Assembly: GCA_963785235.1 (NCBI GenBank)
Contig: CAWAUM010000013.1
Location: forward strand, 160,001 to 224,000
Source: an uncultured delta proteobacterium
GTDB lineage: Bacteria > Desulfobacterota > Desulfomonilia > UBA1062
Reading direction: 5' to 3'
DNA: 64,000 nucleotides
Notes under the pieces: generated by a model
Databases searched by the model: none
The model's input: only the letters and a program-made list of their open reading frames with translations
Told to the model about the DNA's origin: nothing
In this document: piece by piece, positions 61,745 to 64,000 of the stretch
How positions within the stretch are numbered: position 1 is the first letter of the stretch
How the letters are laid out: each line of letters starts with the position of its first letter
Program-made: the position numbers and the translations under genes

Positions 61745-63277
61745 TTATTGGCCGATCCGCTTCGCCTTCATGACGTTTTCCATGAAATGATCCACCTGCC
61801 TGACCATGCCCTCGTGGGAAACAATGCGTGGATCGAGCAGGTCGTAATCGAGTATGAGCAGGGGGATGTTCATCTCACGGCATTTTTCCCTGAGAATCCC
61901 GTTCATGGCCCCTGCGCTCTTGCAGCCCACATGATTTGCGATCCACACCATGTCGAGATCGAACTGGTTGTATATGCGGAAGATATCGTCCAGGTAGTTT
62001 TCAGCCGGCCCCCTGGTATGACGGACCATGGGGCCCTGCAGCATGACCTGAGCCACCCCCTTCAGCATGGATTCCGGCGTGGAGGTGTCGATGAGTGTGT
62101 GGCGGTTGTAGGTCATGCTGTCCATGATGAGCGTAAGCCCATAGGTGCGCTCCATCAGGTTCAGAATGTCTACAAAATGGACGAAAGGCGGGTTCCAGAG
62201 CACTGCCCGGTATTTCTCATTTTCAACAGCCGGGATCTTTGCGTTGAGGTTCTTCCGTGCCAGTTCCACCAGCCGTTCAAAAACCCGGATGGATATCTTG
62301 TGCCCGGGAAACACATAAAAGAACCACATGTGGCTCAGCCACACGGCTTCGCCCGCCAGGGGCGTTGGCTTTACCCGTATCATGTCCCACAGCTCGAGCT
62401 CGAGTTCCATCATGCGGTTGCGCCCCTCGCAGATCTCCTTGAGGTGGCCCCAGTCCATGCGGCCGGGTGTGTGCTTTTCGAGGAAGGCTATCAGGCCCTT
62501 GAAGTCCTCGACGAAGAGCTTTTCCGCACGTTCGTTGTAGAAATGAGCAGGGGCATCGATCCGGTATATGGGGACGCCATACGTCTGTTCGGTAAACGTG
62601 TACGAGGCCAGTCCCGCATCGCACGGCATGTTCGAGCCCACGATGGCAAGTCCCTTAGGCATGTGCCCCTTGATGATCATGCCCATGGCCATCTTCACGA
62701 AACTGCAGGCATCGGGGTTGATGCCCGCGTTCTCCGCCTCGTCGATATATTTCAGGGCTGTTTCGGGGTAGAGGAACGGCAGCAGGATGCCGAAGTCTTC
62801 GAGCTGCCATGTGCAGAGACCCATGGCACGGACAATCTCGGGGGTGATCAGATCAGCGCTTACGATGAGTCGGTCCGAGCGGTAGAATATATCTTCCATG
62901 AGCTCAACCACGGTCAGCGTAATGCCATGAATGATCAGGCCCGTGGATTCGAGGTAAGCCCCTTTTCTCCCCCGGGTGAGCCGCCGGAGCAGGCCGGTCG
63001 CCCTCAGGAGTATGAATATCCAGGGATAATGGATAAGCTGCCGGATGAGAAAGAGGGGCCCCTTCTTGAAGATGACCTTGAGGATAAGTTTGAAAATAGC
63101 CGCCCATATGAGGGTCCAGTATTTACTATAGATCAAAGCGTCATTGAGACTCTTCACTTCCATGATATAGCCGGCCAGGGAGTTCCGGAAAAAGGACTTC
63201 ACCTGGGACGGAAGCCCCATGATTACGGACTTTGCATTGGCAATTGTATCCTTCACGTTCATTATGCCCTCCATCAT
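61745..63277 (-). CDS. 2-hydroxyacyl-CoA dehydratase family subunit with N-terminal extension
   Basis: DACSFVK, SNMPCD, NHVGCK, IPLLILDYDLLD. Confidence 0.85.
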   Translation of the reverse strand: MMEGIMNVKDTIANAKSVIMGLPSQVKSFFRNSLAGYIMEVKSLNDALIYSKYWTLIWAAIFKLILKVIFKKGPLFLIRQLIHYPWIFILLRATGLLRRLTRGRKGAYLESTGLIIHGITLTVVELMEDIFYRSDRLIVSADLITPEIVRAMGLCTWQLEDFGILLPFLYPETALKYIDEAENAGINPDACSFVKMAMGMIIKGHMPKGLAIVGSNMPCDAGLASYTFTEQTYGVPIYRIDAPAHFYNERAEKLFVEDFKGLIAFLEKHTPGRMDWGHLKEICEGRNRMMELELELWDMIRVKPTPLAGEAVWLSHMWFFYVFPGHKISIRVFERLVELARKNLNAKIPAVENEKYRAVLWNPPFVHFVDILNLMERTYGLTLIMDSMTYNRHTLIDTSTPESMLKGVAQVMLQGPMVRHTRGPAENYLDDIFRIYNQFDLDMVWIANHVGCKSAGAMNGILREKCREMNIPLLILDYDLLDPRIVSHEGMVRQVDHFMENVMKAKRIGQ

Positions 63278-63278
63278 G

Positions 63279-64000
63279 TCATTTCCCCATGCTCTCCAGA
63301 AAGGCCTGGACACGGGTGCGGAGCTGTCCTTCCCCCACCAGCCGGTATTCGCGCTCGAGCTTGAGCACCGGGATCCCCTCCTTCCTCAGCGCGCTCACCA
63401 GCGGCACCGAATCCACGCCCCACAGGTCACAGAACTTGAGGATCTCCAGGACCACGCCGTCCACCTTGTACTCCCGAACCGTGTCCAGGATGGTCTGGAG
63501 CCTTCTGGGGAAGCTCTCCATCATGCGGGGGCACAGGGTCTTTTTGAAGGAATGCTCCGCAAGGATTCTCATGGGGTCGCCCCCGTCCCCTTCAATGGGT
63601 ATCAGTCCGGGGATGGAGCCGGTGCAGAACCGGTCGGCCACCACCAGCCCCCCCTGGGATTCGATGAGGCTGATGAACCCGGGGTCGTGCAGGTGCCCGC
63701 CCACCACCATCAGGCGGGCCCTGTGGTTTTCCAGTCCGGGGCGCTTTTCCAACTTTTCCCTGAACTGGTTGATCTTCGGCATGATCAGGTCCTTGGGCGA
63801 AGCTAGGGAGGCCATGAGCAGGGCATGGAACTCGGTGCCCGTGATGGGTGGATCCGGCCTCTTTCTCAGATCGCCGATTTCCCTGAGGACTCGCGCAAAG
63901 GAGTTCCATTCATCGATGGCCTTCTTGAGGGATGCATCGCCCATGTCCACACCGAAATGCCCTGCGAGCTTGTCCCTGAGCATGGCAAGCTCCTCGGCCA
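63279..64000 (-). CDS. 2-hydroxyacyl-CoA dehydratase family subunit (5' end outside window)
   Basis: VVADRFCTG, CPRM, KFCDLWG, GQLRTRVQAFLE; frame is open to the window edge. Confidence 0.88.
   Translation of the reverse strand, partial: AEELAMLRDKLAGHFGVDMGDASLKKAIDEWNSFARVLREIGDLRKRPDPPITGTEFHALLMASLASPKDLIMPKINQFREKLEKRPGLENHRARLMVVGGHLHDPGFISLIESQGGLVVADRFCTGSIPGLIPIEGDGGDPMRILAEHSFKKTLCPRMMESFPRRLQTILDTVREYKVDGVVLEILKFCDLWGVDSVPLVSALRKEGIPVLKLEREYRLVGEGQLRTRVQAFLESMGK

Noticed and set aside
61547-63364. 605-aa plus-strand ORF (and similar long shadows such as 13474-14622)
   Set aside because: Antisense to clearly recognisable genes in GC-rich DNA, with no motifs.

Overview
This looks like a chromosomal window from an anaerobic Desulfobacterota-like (deltaproteobacterial) genome, inferred from gene content. 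It is probably a long-read MAG, because about ten otherwise intact genes carry single-base frameshifts. Housekeeping and metabolic genes include an XPB helicase with its partner, larE, mnmA, ftsH, msrAB, typA, a ychF-like gene, ettA, a GH57 branching enzyme, rfbC, nadE, rnpB, folD, gcvT-H-PA-PB and an ECF sigma/anti-sigma pair. There are two anaerobic catabolic clusters: FadR + acetylene-hydratase-like Mo/W enzyme + ferredoxin + old yellow enzyme, and 2-hydroxyacyl-CoA dehydratase + activase + acyl-CoA ligase + AOR + ferredoxin. Five things stand out. (1) A 232-bp inverted-repeat-bounded non-coding element (55580-55811) holds a 46-bp-periodic array that reads CTGA-N4/5-TGATGA on the minus strand, like box D/box C K-loops. 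(2) An AT-rich island carries a GSU2403-family nucleotidyltransferase directly behind a palindromic operator. (3) A nested MITE family has a perfect target-site duplication, an empty copy and a covarying inner hairpin. (4) A secreted nitroreductase is fused to a ComEA-type helix-hairpin-helix domain. (5) The acetylene-hydratase-like enzyme has Ser in place of the metal-ligating Cys. No tRNA, rRNA, transposase, cas gene or canonical CRISPR array was recognised. All family assignments come from motif recognition by eye, not database searches.
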